Part shown: piece by piece, positions 54,775 through 64,000 of the stretch
Layout of the letters: each line of letters starts with the position of its first letter
Position numbering within the stretch: the first letter of the stretch is position 1
Assembly (NCBI GenBank): GCA_963805085.1
Contig: CAWDTA010000005.1
Span: forward strand, 352,001 to 416,000
Origin: an uncultured Veillonellaceae bacterium
GTDB lineage: Bacteria; Bacillota; Negativicutes; JARBTT01
Length of the DNA: 64,000 nt
Direction of reading: 5' to 3'
Translations under genes and position numbers: made by a program
The notes under the pieces: generated by a model
What the model saw: only the letters and a program-made list of their open reading frames with translations
Told to the model about the DNA's origin: nothing
Databases searched by the model: none

Positions 54775-55977
54775 ATGACTTTCATGGACTATTACATCCA
54801 AAAAGGCAGTAAGGGGTATTGGTCAACAATTGCAGCCCTTTTTCTTGGCAGTTTTGTAACGTTTGCGCTCTTATATTGCTTTCAGCCTCTTATTCCAGTA
54901 TTTTCTTCTTCATATGGCATTGCCCCATCAATAGCCAGTCTATCAATCTCACTTACGACTGCTAGTATGGCTATTGCGATGCTATTTATGTCATCTTTTT
55001 CTGACCTAAAAGGTCGTAAATCGCTTATGGTGATTTCATTAATTGGATCGACAGTATTGACATTGATTTTGCCTTTTATTGAGAATTTTTATCTGTTGCT
55101 ATTTTTGCGAGTGTTACAGGGAATTCTGATTGCTGGATATCCAGCAATTGCGATGACTTATATTCAGGAAGAATTTGATCCAGCGATTACTGGTACAGTT
55201 ATGGGAATTTTCGTGAGCGGAAACTCTATTGGTGGTTTGCTTGGACGGCTTATCGTTAGTACCGTATCTGATTTTTATTCTTGGCAAGTAGCCATTGGCT
55301 GTATAGGTATTATCTGCGGGGGGATTAGCCTTTGGTTTTTTATAAAGCTTCCAGTTTCTCAAAATTTTAAAGTTAAAAATACTTCATGGCAACAACTTAT
55401 TGCTAAGTTTCGCGAGAATTTACAATGTGGTGAACTAATTTGCTTTTATCTTATTGCGTTCTGTGTAATGGGTAGCTTTGTTGCTCTTTATAATTATGTA
55501 GAATATCCGCTTATTGCTCCTCCGTATTCGCTGAGTCAGACGGTTGTAGGATTTATCTTTGTTATCTATCTATGTGGAACATTTAGTTCTATTTTTTTAG
55601 GAAAGATTGCTGATAAACACGGGGCAGAGAGTGTACTCTTATTTTCGCTTTTTCTTATGCTAGTGGGTGTATTGATTACACTGCTTATGCCATTGATGAT
55701 GAAAATTTTCGGTATTGCTGTGTTCACCTTTGGATTTTTTGGTAGTCATTCTATTGCTAGCAGTTGCGTTGTAAAAGTTCTTCCTCACGGAAAAGTGCAG
55801 TCTTCTGCACTATATCTTCTTTTTTATTATGTAGGATCGAGTTTCCTGGGATCCTTGGGAGGGGAATTCCTACTTTGGTATGGCTGGGAAGGCGTAGTTT
55901 TTCTCATTAGTATAGCTATAAGTATTGCAATGGTAATATCGTTTCTATTGCTTTTGCATAAAAGAAGGAATAAGTAA
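54775..55977 (+). CDS. MFS transporter (YnfM-like)
   Basis: LYCFQPLIP, SDLKGRK, GNSIGGLLGR. Confidence 0.88.
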   Translation: MTFMDYYIQKGSKGYWSTIAALFLGSFVTFALLYCFQPLIPVFSSSYGIAPSIASLSISLTTASMAIAMLFMSSFSDLKGRKSLMVISLIGSTVLTLILPFIENFYLLLFLRVLQGILIAGYPAIAMTYIQEEFDPAITGTVMGIFVSGNSIGGLLGRLIVSTVSDFYSWQVAIGCIGIICGGISLWFFIKLPVSQNFKVKNTSWQQLIAKFRENLQCGELICFYLIAFCVMGSFVALYNYVEYPLIAPPYSLSQTVVGFIFVIYLCGTFSSIFLGKIADKHGAESVLLFSLFLMLVGVLITLLMPLMMKIFGIAVFTFGFFGSHSIASSCVVKVLPHGKVQSSALYLLFYYVGSSFLGSLGGEFLLWYGWEGVVFLISIAISIAMVISFLLLLHKRRNK

Positions 55978-56019
55978 ATTTGTAAAAGTAGTAGTATGCT
56001 ATTACTTTTACAAATTTAC

Positions 56020-56050
56020 TTGACTTAGAGTTGACTCCAGATGATATGAT
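56020..56050 (+). promoter_or_regulatory. MerR-type promoter/operator 1
   Basis: TTGACT-N19-TATGAT with dyad GAGTTGACTC in the spacer. Confidence 0.88.
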
Positions 56051-56088
56051 ACATTTATAAATTAGGAATCTTAAACTAAGGTCAGGAG

Positions 56089-56484
56089 GTGATTTTTATG
56101 TTGATTGCAGAAGTAAGTGCAAAATATGATCTTTCTGCCGACACGCTCCGCTATTATGAACGTATTGGACTTATTCCAGAGGTACATCGCAATAAGAGCG
56201 GTATCCGTGATTATACAGAAGAGAACTGCAGGTGGGTTGAGTTTATCAAATGCATGCGAGTTGCTGGATTACCAATCGAAGTATTGATCGATTATGTCGC
56301 AATGTTTCAGCAGGGCGATTCGACAATCGCGGAGAGAAAAGAACTGCTCATTGAGCAACGTAGAAAATTGGTTAAAAAATTGGAAGCTATGCAAGAAACG
56401 ATCAATCATCTGGATTACAAAATCAAGAGATATGATGATTTAGTTATAAAAAAAGAAAATCAAATGAAAATACCGAAATTTTAG
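56089..56484 (+). CDS. MerR-family regulator (AdhR-like)
   Basis: DTLRYYERIGLIP, WVEFIKCMR. Confidence 0.93.
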   Translation: MIFMLIAEVSAKYDLSADTLRYYERIGLIPEVHRNKSGIRDYTEENCRWVEFIKCMRVAGLPIEVLIDYVAMFQQGDSTIAERKELLIEQRRKLVKKLEAMQETINHLDYKIKRYDDLVIKKENQMKIPKF

Positions 56485-56665
56485 AATAGAGAAGCTTTTG
56501 GGCGATGCAGATGTCACATTGCCTCATAAAGTTTTGAATCTTAAAAGACAAAGTATTTTTATAATTTAATAAAGATTATAAAATGAATTTCATGAAATCC
56601 TTTTGGGATGTTGCAATATTAAGTAACATCCTATTTGTTTTTATCAAAAATTCCAACTGAAATGC

Positions 56666-56696
56666 TTGACTTAGAGTCAACTCCAGATGATATGAT
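56666..56696 (+). promoter_or_regulatory. MerR-type promoter/operator 2
   Basis: TTGACT-TAGAGTCAACTCCAGATGA-TATGAT (19-bp spacer). Confidence 0.88.
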
Positions 56697-56829
56697 GAGT
56701 GCAAGCTAAGCTATTCGTATAGTAGAAGGAGCTAAATACGTATTGAAGCCAGGAAAATATTTCATTTATTGATAACGATTTTTGAAACATATAAAATAGA
56801 AATAGTGGATAGAATTGGAGTGGGCGGAA

Positions 56830-58152
56830 ATGGACAAAAAAAATAAAAGGTTTTCCAGGCGAAAGTTTATAAAGATTGCTGGCGGAATCTTTGCAGGTTT
56901 CGCCGCGCTATATACATTCCTACCGGGGATGCGGTCATGGCCACAACAGGCGGCTAATTCGGCAAAAGAGATTGCTGAGCACTATCTGCCAATGGGTGAT
57001 GTGGATGCAGTAGCTGTCCGCCAGATTATCACGGAGGATAGTTCTAATTCGCGGACGATCATGTGGCAGTCAGAACTTACCGAAAAAGACGCTGTCGTAG
57101 AATATCGGAGAAGAGGTAAAGAGGATATAAAATCCAGCATGGCGACTGATGAGAAATTTACCGATGATAAAACGATAACCTATATACATACGACAATGTT
57201 GAAGGATTTAACCGCGGGTGCGCAATATGAATACCGTGTCGGCTATGAGGATAAACGCAGCGATTGGCACGAGTTGAATACCGATGATGGGGGCAACTTT
57301 AAGGCACTCATTTTCCCGGATTCTCAGTCCAATGATTATAGTGACTGGAAGAATCTTGCCCAGTTTGCCAGAAAGGAAAACCCTGATGCGGCTTTTTTTG
57401 TCAATATGGGCGATCTGGTCGATAATGGCGAGGATCACACCCAGTGGCGGGAATGGTTCGATTCCATTCATGGTATCATCGATACCATTCCTGTGGCACC
57501 GATCATGGGAAACCATGAAACCTATAATTTGGACTGGAAAGTGAGAATGCCGGAGGCTTATCTACACCTTTTTTCCCTACCACCTAATGGTGATGTCGAA
57601 CGCCAAAACCAGTTTTATTCCTTTAACTATGGCGCGGTTCATTTCATTGTTTTAAACACACAGTTCGATGAAATGGAGCAGTTCCAGCCAGGTCTTTTAG
57701 CAGCGGAAAAGGAATGGTTCGTAAATGACATTACGCAAACTCGGAAAAAGTGGAAAGTTGTTTTGATGCATAAAGATGTTTTGACCTATGCAAACAGGAG
57801 ACGAAGTGATCGTCAGGCGGGAATTTCTGATATCGGCAAAGAATGGATGCCGCTATTTGACCAATATGGCATCGATGTCGTACTTACGGGCCATCTTCAT
57901 ACTTACCGTCGCCGAGATCGTTTATATAATTTTCAGCCGGATACGCGTGGTCCGCTCTATATCGTCACTGGCGTCGCTGGAAATGTCCGTTATCCGAATC
58001 TTTGGATAGACCATCCCTTTGATAAAGCAGTAGCCCCGCAGCCGGAAACGGATAACTACATGACACTGGAAGTAGCGGAAAATACCCTAAAATTAGCGTC
58101 GTTTCTGCCATCAGGGGAACAGATCGATCAGGTGGAAATAGTTAAAAAATAG
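56830..58152 (+). CDS. purple-acid-phosphatase-like metallophosphoesterase with twin-arginine signal
   Basis: SRRKFIK + hydrophobic segment; FN3-like domain; DSQ, GDLVD, GNHE, GHLH. Confidence 0.88.
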   Translation: MDKKNKRFSRRKFIKIAGGIFAGFAALYTFLPGMRSWPQQAANSAKEIAEHYLPMGDVDAVAVRQIITEDSSNSRTIMWQSELTEKDAVVEYRRRGKEDIKSSMATDEKFTDDKTITYIHTTMLKDLTAGAQYEYRVGYEDKRSDWHELNTDDGGNFKALIFPDSQSNDYSDWKNLAQFARKENPDAAFFVNMGDLVDNGEDHTQWREWFDSIHGIIDTIPVAPIMGNHETYNLDWKVRMPEAYLHLFSLPPNGDVERQNQFYSFNYGAVHFIVLNTQFDEMEQFQPGLLAAEKEWFVNDITQTRKKWKVVLMHKDVLTYANRRRSDRQAGISDIGKEWMPLFDQYGIDVVLTGHLHTYRRRDRLYNFQPDTRGPLYIVTGVAGNVRYPNLWIDHPFDKAVAPQPETDNYMTLEVAENTLKLASFLPSGEQIDQVEIVKK

Positions 58153-58240
58153 AGATAGTAAGATACACGTTGATACGACCGGGGATGATAAAAATATATG
58201 TATCTGTGAACTTTTTATTGGTTTGCCTCTCAAATAGTAC

Positions 58241-58271
58241 TTGACTTGGAGTCAACTCCAAGTTGTACAAT
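58241..58271 (+). promoter_or_regulatory. MerR-type promoter/operator 3 (lar operon)
   Basis: TTGACT-N19-TACAAT with dyad CTTGGAGT-CA-ACTCCAAG. Confidence 0.9.
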
Positions 58272-58409
58272 GAATTTATCAGTAAAAAATTGCTGATTTT
58301 CAAAATAGAGTCTTTTGTATTCCATTTTAAAATAGCTAAAAGGTATTTAACTTAAAGTTAGTTACGAAGAATAAAGGTGAATAAAAATTATGATATGGAG
58401 AATTCAATA

Positions 58410-59681
58410 ATGAAAGTGTTATATTATGATTGTTTTTGTGGCATCAGCGGCGATATGAATCTAGGTGCATTGCTGGATTTGGGAGTGGATGAAGACTACC
58501 TAAGGCAGGAGTTGTCTAAGCTCAATCTGGATGTTGAATATGAGCTGCAGGTAAAAAAGGATAATAAAAGTGGAATAAGCGGAACTAGAGTGGATGTAGT
58601 CTTAAAAAACGCAATGCATGTTCATAAGCATGAACATGACCACCATGATAATGACCATCATCATGAAGAACCGACTGGAATGGAGTCTGACACTTTGCAT
58701 ACGCATCATGCGCATAGAAATTTTAAGGATATTGAAAATATAATAGTAAACAGTACTTTAAGTGATCGGGTAAAGAAGTTAAGCTTGGATATTTTTATGA
58801 AGGTAGCAGAAGCAGAAGCAAAGGTTCATGGAAAACCTCTATATGAAGTGCATTTCCATGAGGTTGGGGCCGTTGACTCAATTGTTGATATTGTGGGAGC
58901 TGCTGTGTGTTTAGATTATTTAAAGGTGGATAAGATTATGGCTTCATCGGTTCAAGTAGGCGGAGGGTTTGTAAAATGTGCGCATGGTATCATTCCAATT
59001 CCTGCTCCGGCAACTGTTGAAATTTTAAAAAACATTCCTATGAAATCAGGTATAGTGCAGTTTGAAACGACTACTCCTACCGGGGCGGCGATATTAGCGG
59101 CAAATGTAGGCTCATTTACAGACCACATGGACTTTACCGTAGAAAAGATTGGCTATGGAATAGGTCATAGAGATCTTGAGATTCCTAATGTTTTAAGGCT
59201 ATATCTTGGCTATAAAGATAGAAACGATAAAAAAGAAGAGCAATATATATTGGAGACCAATATTGATGATATGAATCCAGAACTCTACGGTTATATAGAA
59301 GAAAAACTTTTTAAACAAGGGGCTTTGGATGTATTTAAGACGGCAATTTACATGAAAAAAGGCAGGGCTGCGATAAAGCTCAGTATATTAGTTAATGAGA
59401 AAGAGGAAGAAAACGTACTTGACGTAATTTTCCGTGAGACGACTTCCATAGGTCTTAGAAAATACAAGGTTGAAAAAATTATGTTGTCGAGAGACTTCGT
59501 AAAGATCAGCACACAGTACGGAAATGTAACGGTCAAAAATGCATATTATCAAGGCGAAAAAGTGAAGTATAAACCAGAGTATGAAGATTGCAAACGAATA
59601 GCCAATGAAAAAAACATACCTATTTCCAGAGTATACCAAGAAGTTTATAAAATTATAGGGGACAATGAGAATGATAAATAA
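58410..59681 (+). CDS. larC: nickel-pincer cofactor nickel insertase
   Basis: DCFCGISGDM, His-rich insert, VHFHEVGAVDSIVDI, TTPTGAA, ETNIDD, KPEYED. Confidence 0.95.
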   Translation: MKVLYYDCFCGISGDMNLGALLDLGVDEDYLRQELSKLNLDVEYELQVKKDNKSGISGTRVDVVLKNAMHVHKHEHDHHDNDHHHEEPTGMESDTLHTHHAHRNFKDIENIIVNSTLSDRVKKLSLDIFMKVAEAEAKVHGKPLYEVHFHEVGAVDSIVDIVGAAVCLDYLKVDKIMASSVQVGGGFVKCAHGIIPIPAPATVEILKNIPMKSGIVQFETTTPTGAAILAANVGSFTDHMDFTVEKIGYGIGHRDLEIPNVLRLYLGYKDRNDKKEEQYILETNIDDMNPELYGYIEEKLFKQGALDVFKTAIYMKKGRAAIKLSILVNEKEEENVLDVIFRETTSIGLRKYKVEKIMLSRDFVKISTQYGNVTVKNAYYQGEKVKYKPEYEDCKRIANEKNIPISRVYQEVYKIIGDNENDK

Positions 59682-60477
59682 TGAAAAATATCTAAACTTA
59701 ATTAATTCTTTAAAAAATATGGGGAAAGTCATCTTAGCTTTCTCTGGAGGCGTAGACAGTACTTTTTTACTAAAAGTAGCTAAAGAGACATTAGGCAATA
59801 ACGTTAAAGCAGTAACAATACAATCTCCTTATATTCCAAAATGGGAAATTGAAGAAGCAAAACAGTTAGTAGCCGAACTTGGGGTAGAGTTTGAAATCTT
59901 AGAGGCACCTATTATTGATGAAATTAGAAACAACCCTGAAAATAGATGTTATTTATGTAAAACGGCAGTCTTTAGTCAGATAAAAGCAATTGCAAAAAAG
60001 GAAGGGTATCCTTACGTTATTGATGGTACAAATTTTGATGATATTGGTGATTACAGGCCTGGCTTAAAAGCACTGAGTGAACTGAATATAAAAAGTCCTT
60101 TATTAGAGTGTCAATTGACCAAACAAGAAATAAGAAATTTATCTAAAGAGTTAGGACTTGCCACTTGGGATAAACCACCATATGCATGTCTGCTTACAAG
60201 AATACCCTACGGTAATAAACTGAAAGAAGAAGACTTTATCAAGATAGAAAAAGCCGAAAGATATATGATGGAGAGGGGCTTTCGAGCAATTCGTGTGCGG
60301 TGCCATGAAGATTTGGCGAGAATTGAAGTGGATAAAAAGGATAGAAGTAAATTATTTAATGAGGTACTTTTTGACGAAATTTCTGGTAAGTTTAAAGAAT
60401 TTGGCTTTAAGTATGTAACTTTAGATTTAGAAGGATATAGGGTCGGGAGTTTTAATGAGACAATAGAAATTAAATAG
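59665..60477 (+). CDS. larE: ATP-dependent sulfur transferase
   Basis: PP-loop SGGVDS, RCYLCK, DYRPG, ACLLTRIPYG. Confidence 0.95.
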   Translation: MRMINNEKYLNLINSLKNMGKVILAFSGGVDSTFLLKVAKETLGNNVKAVTIQSPYIPKWEIEEAKQLVAELGVEFEILEAPIIDEIRNNPENRCYLCKTAVFSQIKAIAKKEGYPYVIDGTNFDDIGDYRPGLKALSELNIKSPLLECQLTKQEIRNLSKELGLATWDKPPYACLLTRIPYGNKLKEEDFIKIEKAERYMMERGFRAIRVRCHEDLARIEVDKKDRSKLFNEVLFDEISGKFKEFGFKYVTLDLEGYRVGSFNETIEIK

Positions 60478-60512
60478 CCCGATCTAATCTCAAAATATTT
60501 CGGGAGGAAATA

Positions 60513-61259
60513 ATGAATAAGTTGGATATAAAAAAACTCTTGCAAAGCGTAAAAGACAATGAAACAGAAATCGAAACAGCGATGAAAATTATTGAAGATT
60601 TACCTTATACGGAATTGGGATTTGCCAAGATTGATAATCATCGTGAAGTACGGGTAGGATATCCAGAAGTGATCTATTGTGAAGGAAAAACAGTCGAGCA
60701 AGTGAAGAGTATCATAGAGGTTATGCTGAGTAAGGATAATAATATATTAGCAACCCGCGCGAGCGAAGAGATGTATGAGGCAGTAAAAGCTATCTGTACA
60801 GAAGCGCAATATAATCCTATGGGAAGAACGATCACCATTCGAAAGCGAGAAGAACAGCTTACTGACAGTTATATTGCCATTATTTCGGCTGGAACTTCTG
60901 ATTTACCAGTCGTCGAGGAGGCAGCGGAAACAGCTATCATTTTAGGAAATCGCGTGGAAAAAATCGTGGATGTGGGAGTTGCTGGGATACATAGGCTTTT
61001 CTCGAAGATGGAGGTCATTCGTGGTGCAAAGGTAGTGATTGTAATTGCAGGTATGGAAGGAGCACTTGCCAGCGTTATAGGTGGTCTTGTAGATAAGCCA
61101 GTGATTGCTGTCCCTACAAGTGTTGGCTATGGGGCAAATTTTGGCGGTCTTTCGGCTCTATTATCCATGCTCAACAGTTGTGCAAGCGGTGTTAGTGTAG
61201 TTAATATCGATAATGGTTTTGGCGCAGGTTATAATGCCAGTATAATTAATAAATTGTGA
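60513..61259 (+). CDS. larB: NaAD carboxylase/hydrolase
   Basis: FAKIDNHRE, AGTSDLPV, DVGVAGIHRL, VPTSVGYG, VVNIDNGFGA. Confidence 0.95.
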   Translation: MNKLDIKKLLQSVKDNETEIETAMKIIEDLPYTELGFAKIDNHREVRVGYPEVIYCEGKTVEQVKSIIEVMLSKDNNILATRASEEMYEAVKAICTEAQYNPMGRTITIRKREEQLTDSYIAIISAGTSDLPVVEEAAETAIILGNRVEKIVDVGVAGIHRLFSKMEVIRGAKVVIVIAGMEGALASVIGGLVDKPVIAVPTSVGYGANFGGLSALLSMLNSCASGVSVVNIDNGFGAGYNASIINKL

Positions 61260-61319
61260 GATAACTGATGCCTGTAAAAATGATATCAAAACAAATTAAA
61301 ATAAAAGGGGCCTAAAGAT

Positions 61320-62441
61320 ATGGAAAAGAAAAAATTAGGATTTGGCTTTATGCGTTTACCTTTGAAAAGTAAGAATGATCCAGAAAGTATTGATAAGGAT
61401 GCATTAAATCAAATGGTAGATACTTTTTTGGAAAGAGGGTTTACCTATTTTGATACAGCGTATATGTACCATTCAGGGAAAAGTGAGGCAGCAATAAGAG
61501 AAGCTTTGGTTAAGCGGCATAAAAGAGACAGCTTTACTTTAGCAACAAAATTGCCAACAATGTTTTTAAAAACAAAGCAAGATCAGGAAAGAATATTTAA
61601 CGAACAATTAGAAAAGTGTGGCGTAGAGTACTTCGACTACTATCTGTTACACAACCTTGGTATAACAAATTATGAGACAGCACAGAAGCTTGATAGTTTT
61701 ACCTTTATTCAAAAAAAGAAAAAAGAAGGAAAGATCAGACAGATTGGATTTTCTTTTCATGATACTGCCGAGTTATTAGACGAAATATTAACAGCACATC
61801 CGGAAGCCGAGTTTGTTCAATTACAGATTAATTATCTAGATTGGGACAATGAAAGCATTCAGTCAAGGAAATGCTATGAAGTAGCAAGAAAACATAATAA
61901 ACCGGTTATTGTTATGGAACCTGTCAAAGGTGGTATGCTGGCAAGACTGCCTGAAAAAGCAGAAGAGTTATTAAAAAAATATCATCCAGATATGTCGATA
62001 CCATCATGGGCTATACGTTATGTGACAAGTCATGAGGGCGTCATGATGGTATTAAGTGGGATGTCTGATATAAAGCAGTTACGGGATAATACAGGTTATA
62101 TGCAGGACTTCAAGCCGTTTGTGCAGGAGGAATATGAACTTGTTAAAAATGCAGTTAAGATTATTAACGAGTCTATTGCGATTCAATGTACAGCCTGTCA
62201 GTACTGTGTAGATGACTGTCCAAAAAATATAGCAATTCCGAAGTATTTTGCATTATACAATACAGAAAAACAATCCCCGCCATCCCAATTTTCCATACAA
62301 CGAGTATATTATGACAATTACACAAAAAAGCATGGTAAGGCGTCAGACTGTATCGGATGCAAACAATGTGAAAAAAGCTGCCCACAGCATATTGAGATTA
62401 TAAAACATCTAAAGGATGTAGCTGCTGTTTTTGAAGCATAA
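61320..62441 (+). CDS. aldo/keto reductase with C-terminal 2x[4Fe-4S] domain
   Basis: [21 protein letters not shown]; CTACQYC..CP and [12 protein letters not shown]. Confidence 0.92.
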   Translation: MEKKKLGFGFMRLPLKSKNDPESIDKDALNQMVDTFLERGFTYFDTAYMYHSGKSEAAIREALVKRHKRDSFTLATKLPTMFLKTKQDQERIFNEQLEKCGVEYFDYYLLHNLGITNYETAQKLDSFTFIQKKKKEGKIRQIGFSFHDTAELLDEILTAHPEAEFVQLQINYLDWDNESIQSRKCYEVARKHNKPVIVMEPVKGGMLARLPEKAEELLKKYHPDMSIPSWAIRYVTSHEGVMMVLSGMSDIKQLRDNTGYMQDFKPFVQEEYELVKNAVKIINESIAIQCTACQYCVDDCPKNIAIPKYFALYNTEKQSPPSQFSIQRVYYDNYTKKHGKASDCIGCKQCEKSCPQHIEIIKHLKDVAAVFEA

Positions 62442-62493
62442 TTTTCTTAGATAGGAGCTAGAAAAATTTTAAGAAGGAAGGCGCAATCGCTAT

Positions 62494-63501
62494 ATGCAGA
62501 CTGTAACACTAGGAAGAACAGGACTGATCGTAAGTAAAAATGGATTTGGAGCACTCCCTATCCAGCGTGTTGAAAAAAAAGATGCTGTGTATTTATTGCA
62601 GAAAGCATTTTATAACGGAATCAATTATTTTGACTCGGCAAGATGGTATTCAGACAGCGAGGAAAAACTTGGTGCAGCCTTTTCTTATACAAGAGATAAG
62701 ATTATTATCAGCACCAAAACGGGAGCGCAGACAGCTGAAGGTTTCTGGAAAGATTTAGAGCAAAGCCTTAACAATCTGCAGTCGGAATATATTGACATCT
62801 ACCAGTTCCATAATCCTGCCTTCTGCCCAAAGCCAGATGATGAATCTGGTCTTTATGAGGCAATGTTAGAGGCAAAGAAACAAGGAAAAATTCGTTTTAT
62901 CGGAATTACAAATCATAGATTATCTGTGGCAAAAGAAGCAATAGCATCGAATTTATATGATACGATGCAGTTTCCATTTTCTTATCTTGCAAGTGATGCA
63001 GATGTAGAAATCGTGGAATCATGTAAGAATAAGAATATGGGATTCATTGCAATGAAAGCTTTATCCGGAGGATTGATTACAGACTCTGCCGTGGCATATG
63101 CATATTTTGCACAATATGAACGTGTTGCTCCAATCTGGGGCATACAGCGTGAAAATGAATTAGATGAATTTTTATCCTATCATGATAATCCGCCAATTTT
63201 GACAGATGGGATGAAAAAACAGATTGAACACGATAGAAAAGAATTATTAGGTGATTTCTGCCGAGGCTGTGGTTATTGTATGCCATGCCCTGCTGGAATT
63301 GAAATCAATAATTGTGCAAGAATGAGCCTTCTCCTACGTCGTGCTCCGCAGGATACGTATCTGTCGAAAGATTGGCAGGAGAAAATGAAGAAAATTGAGA
63401 ATTGTCTTCATTGCAATAAGTGCATGAGCAAATGTCCATATAAACTGAATACGCCAGAACTATTAAACAAGAACTACGAGGACTATAAGAGCTTTTTATA
63501 G
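62494..63501 (+). CDS. aldo/keto reductase with C-terminal 2x[4Fe-4S] domain
   Basis: GFGALPIQR, FDSARWY, STK, QFH; CRGCGYCMPCP and CLHCNKCMSKCP. Confidence 0.92.
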   Translation: MQTVTLGRTGLIVSKNGFGALPIQRVEKKDAVYLLQKAFYNGINYFDSARWYSDSEEKLGAAFSYTRDKIIISTKTGAQTAEGFWKDLEQSLNNLQSEYIDIYQFHNPAFCPKPDDESGLYEAMLEAKKQGKIRFIGITNHRLSVAKEAIASNLYDTMQFPFSYLASDADVEIVESCKNKNMGFIAMKALSGGLITDSAVAYAYFAQYERVAPIWGIQRENELDEFLSYHDNPPILTDGMKKQIEHDRKELLGDFCRGCGYCMPCPAGIEINNCARMSLLLRRAPQDTYLSKDWQEKMKKIENCLHCNKCMSKCPYKLNTPELLNKNYEDYKSFL

Positions 63502-63709
63502 TACATAATAAAGGATTAACTATAAAAGTACTTCAGCTTTTTTAGTTATCAATGAAGTTGTCCTGAAAAGTGATCAAGGCTTAAAAAAATACAAAAAAAT
63601 TATTGAACAAATGCCATCAGATTGCATAAAACCTGGTGGCATTTTTACTGCCGTTTATGATAAAACAGTGTAACTAAAAACGATTGTTTCAGATACTATT
63701 TAAAAATAC

Positions 63710-63740
63710 TTGACTTGGAGTTAACTCTAAATGATATGCT
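63710..63740 (+). promoter_or_regulatory. MerR-type promoter/operator 4
   Basis: TTGACT-TGGAGTTAACTCTAAATGA-TATGCT (19-bp spacer). Confidence 0.85.
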
Positions 63741-63760
63741 GTTCTAAGAGGTGAAATTTT

Positions 63761-64000
63761 ATGACAATTACAGAAGTGAGTAGAAAATTTGATGTTTCTC
63801 AAGATACAATCTGCTATTATGAACGTATTGGACTGCTTCCTCATGTGAACCGCAATAAAAACGGAATCAGAAATTTTACGGAGGAAGACTGCAGGTAGGT
63901 TGAATTTATCAGATGTATGCGAAGTGCAGGTCTTCCGATTGAAGTATTGATTGACTATGTTGCACTTTTTCAACAGAGCGATGAAACAATTGGTTTGTTA
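63761..64000 (+). pseudogene. second MerR paralog with premature stop (runs off window)
   Basis: MTITEVSRKF...YYERIGLLP...EEDCR*VEFIRCMR; TAG at 63896-63898 where the paralog has TGG. Confidence 0.85.

Noticed and set aside
58615-58715. His-rich low-complexity run
   Set aside because: Normal nickel-binding insert of LarC
63896-63898. In-frame TAG as pyrrolysine read-through
   Set aside because: Single-base change from a Trp codon in the paralog; no pyl genes in the window

Overview
Low-GC Firmicute chromosome, most likely a diderm Negativicute (SLH-domain OmpM-like porin, fumarase/Sdh cluster; the taxonomy is inference). 1-12 kb is core genome: a c-di-GMP-I riboswitch-controlled MCP, murI, rph-rdgB-phosphoesterase, fumarase and sdhCAB. 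12-22.7 kb is a hexuronate/glucuronoxylan cluster. At 23 kb a tRNA-Pro/tRNA-Arg(TCT) pair anchors a large accessory region with three main signals. (1) Six degenerate direct copies of the tRNA-Arg 3' half plus hairpin, some with shared flanking arms, cut 23-52 kb into 1-13 kb cargo cassettes, and no integrase is visible in the window. (2) Nested in one cassette are three copies of a different ~53-bp palindromic site resembling rlmH-3'-end/SCC-type serine-recombinase att sites. (3) At 56-64 kb a MerR regulon with four 19-bp-spacer promoters/operators drives larC-larE-larB (nickel-pincer cofactor synthesis). These genes are followed by two 4Fe-4S aldo/keto reductases rather than larA. All calls are by eye from sequence and translations; no searches were run.
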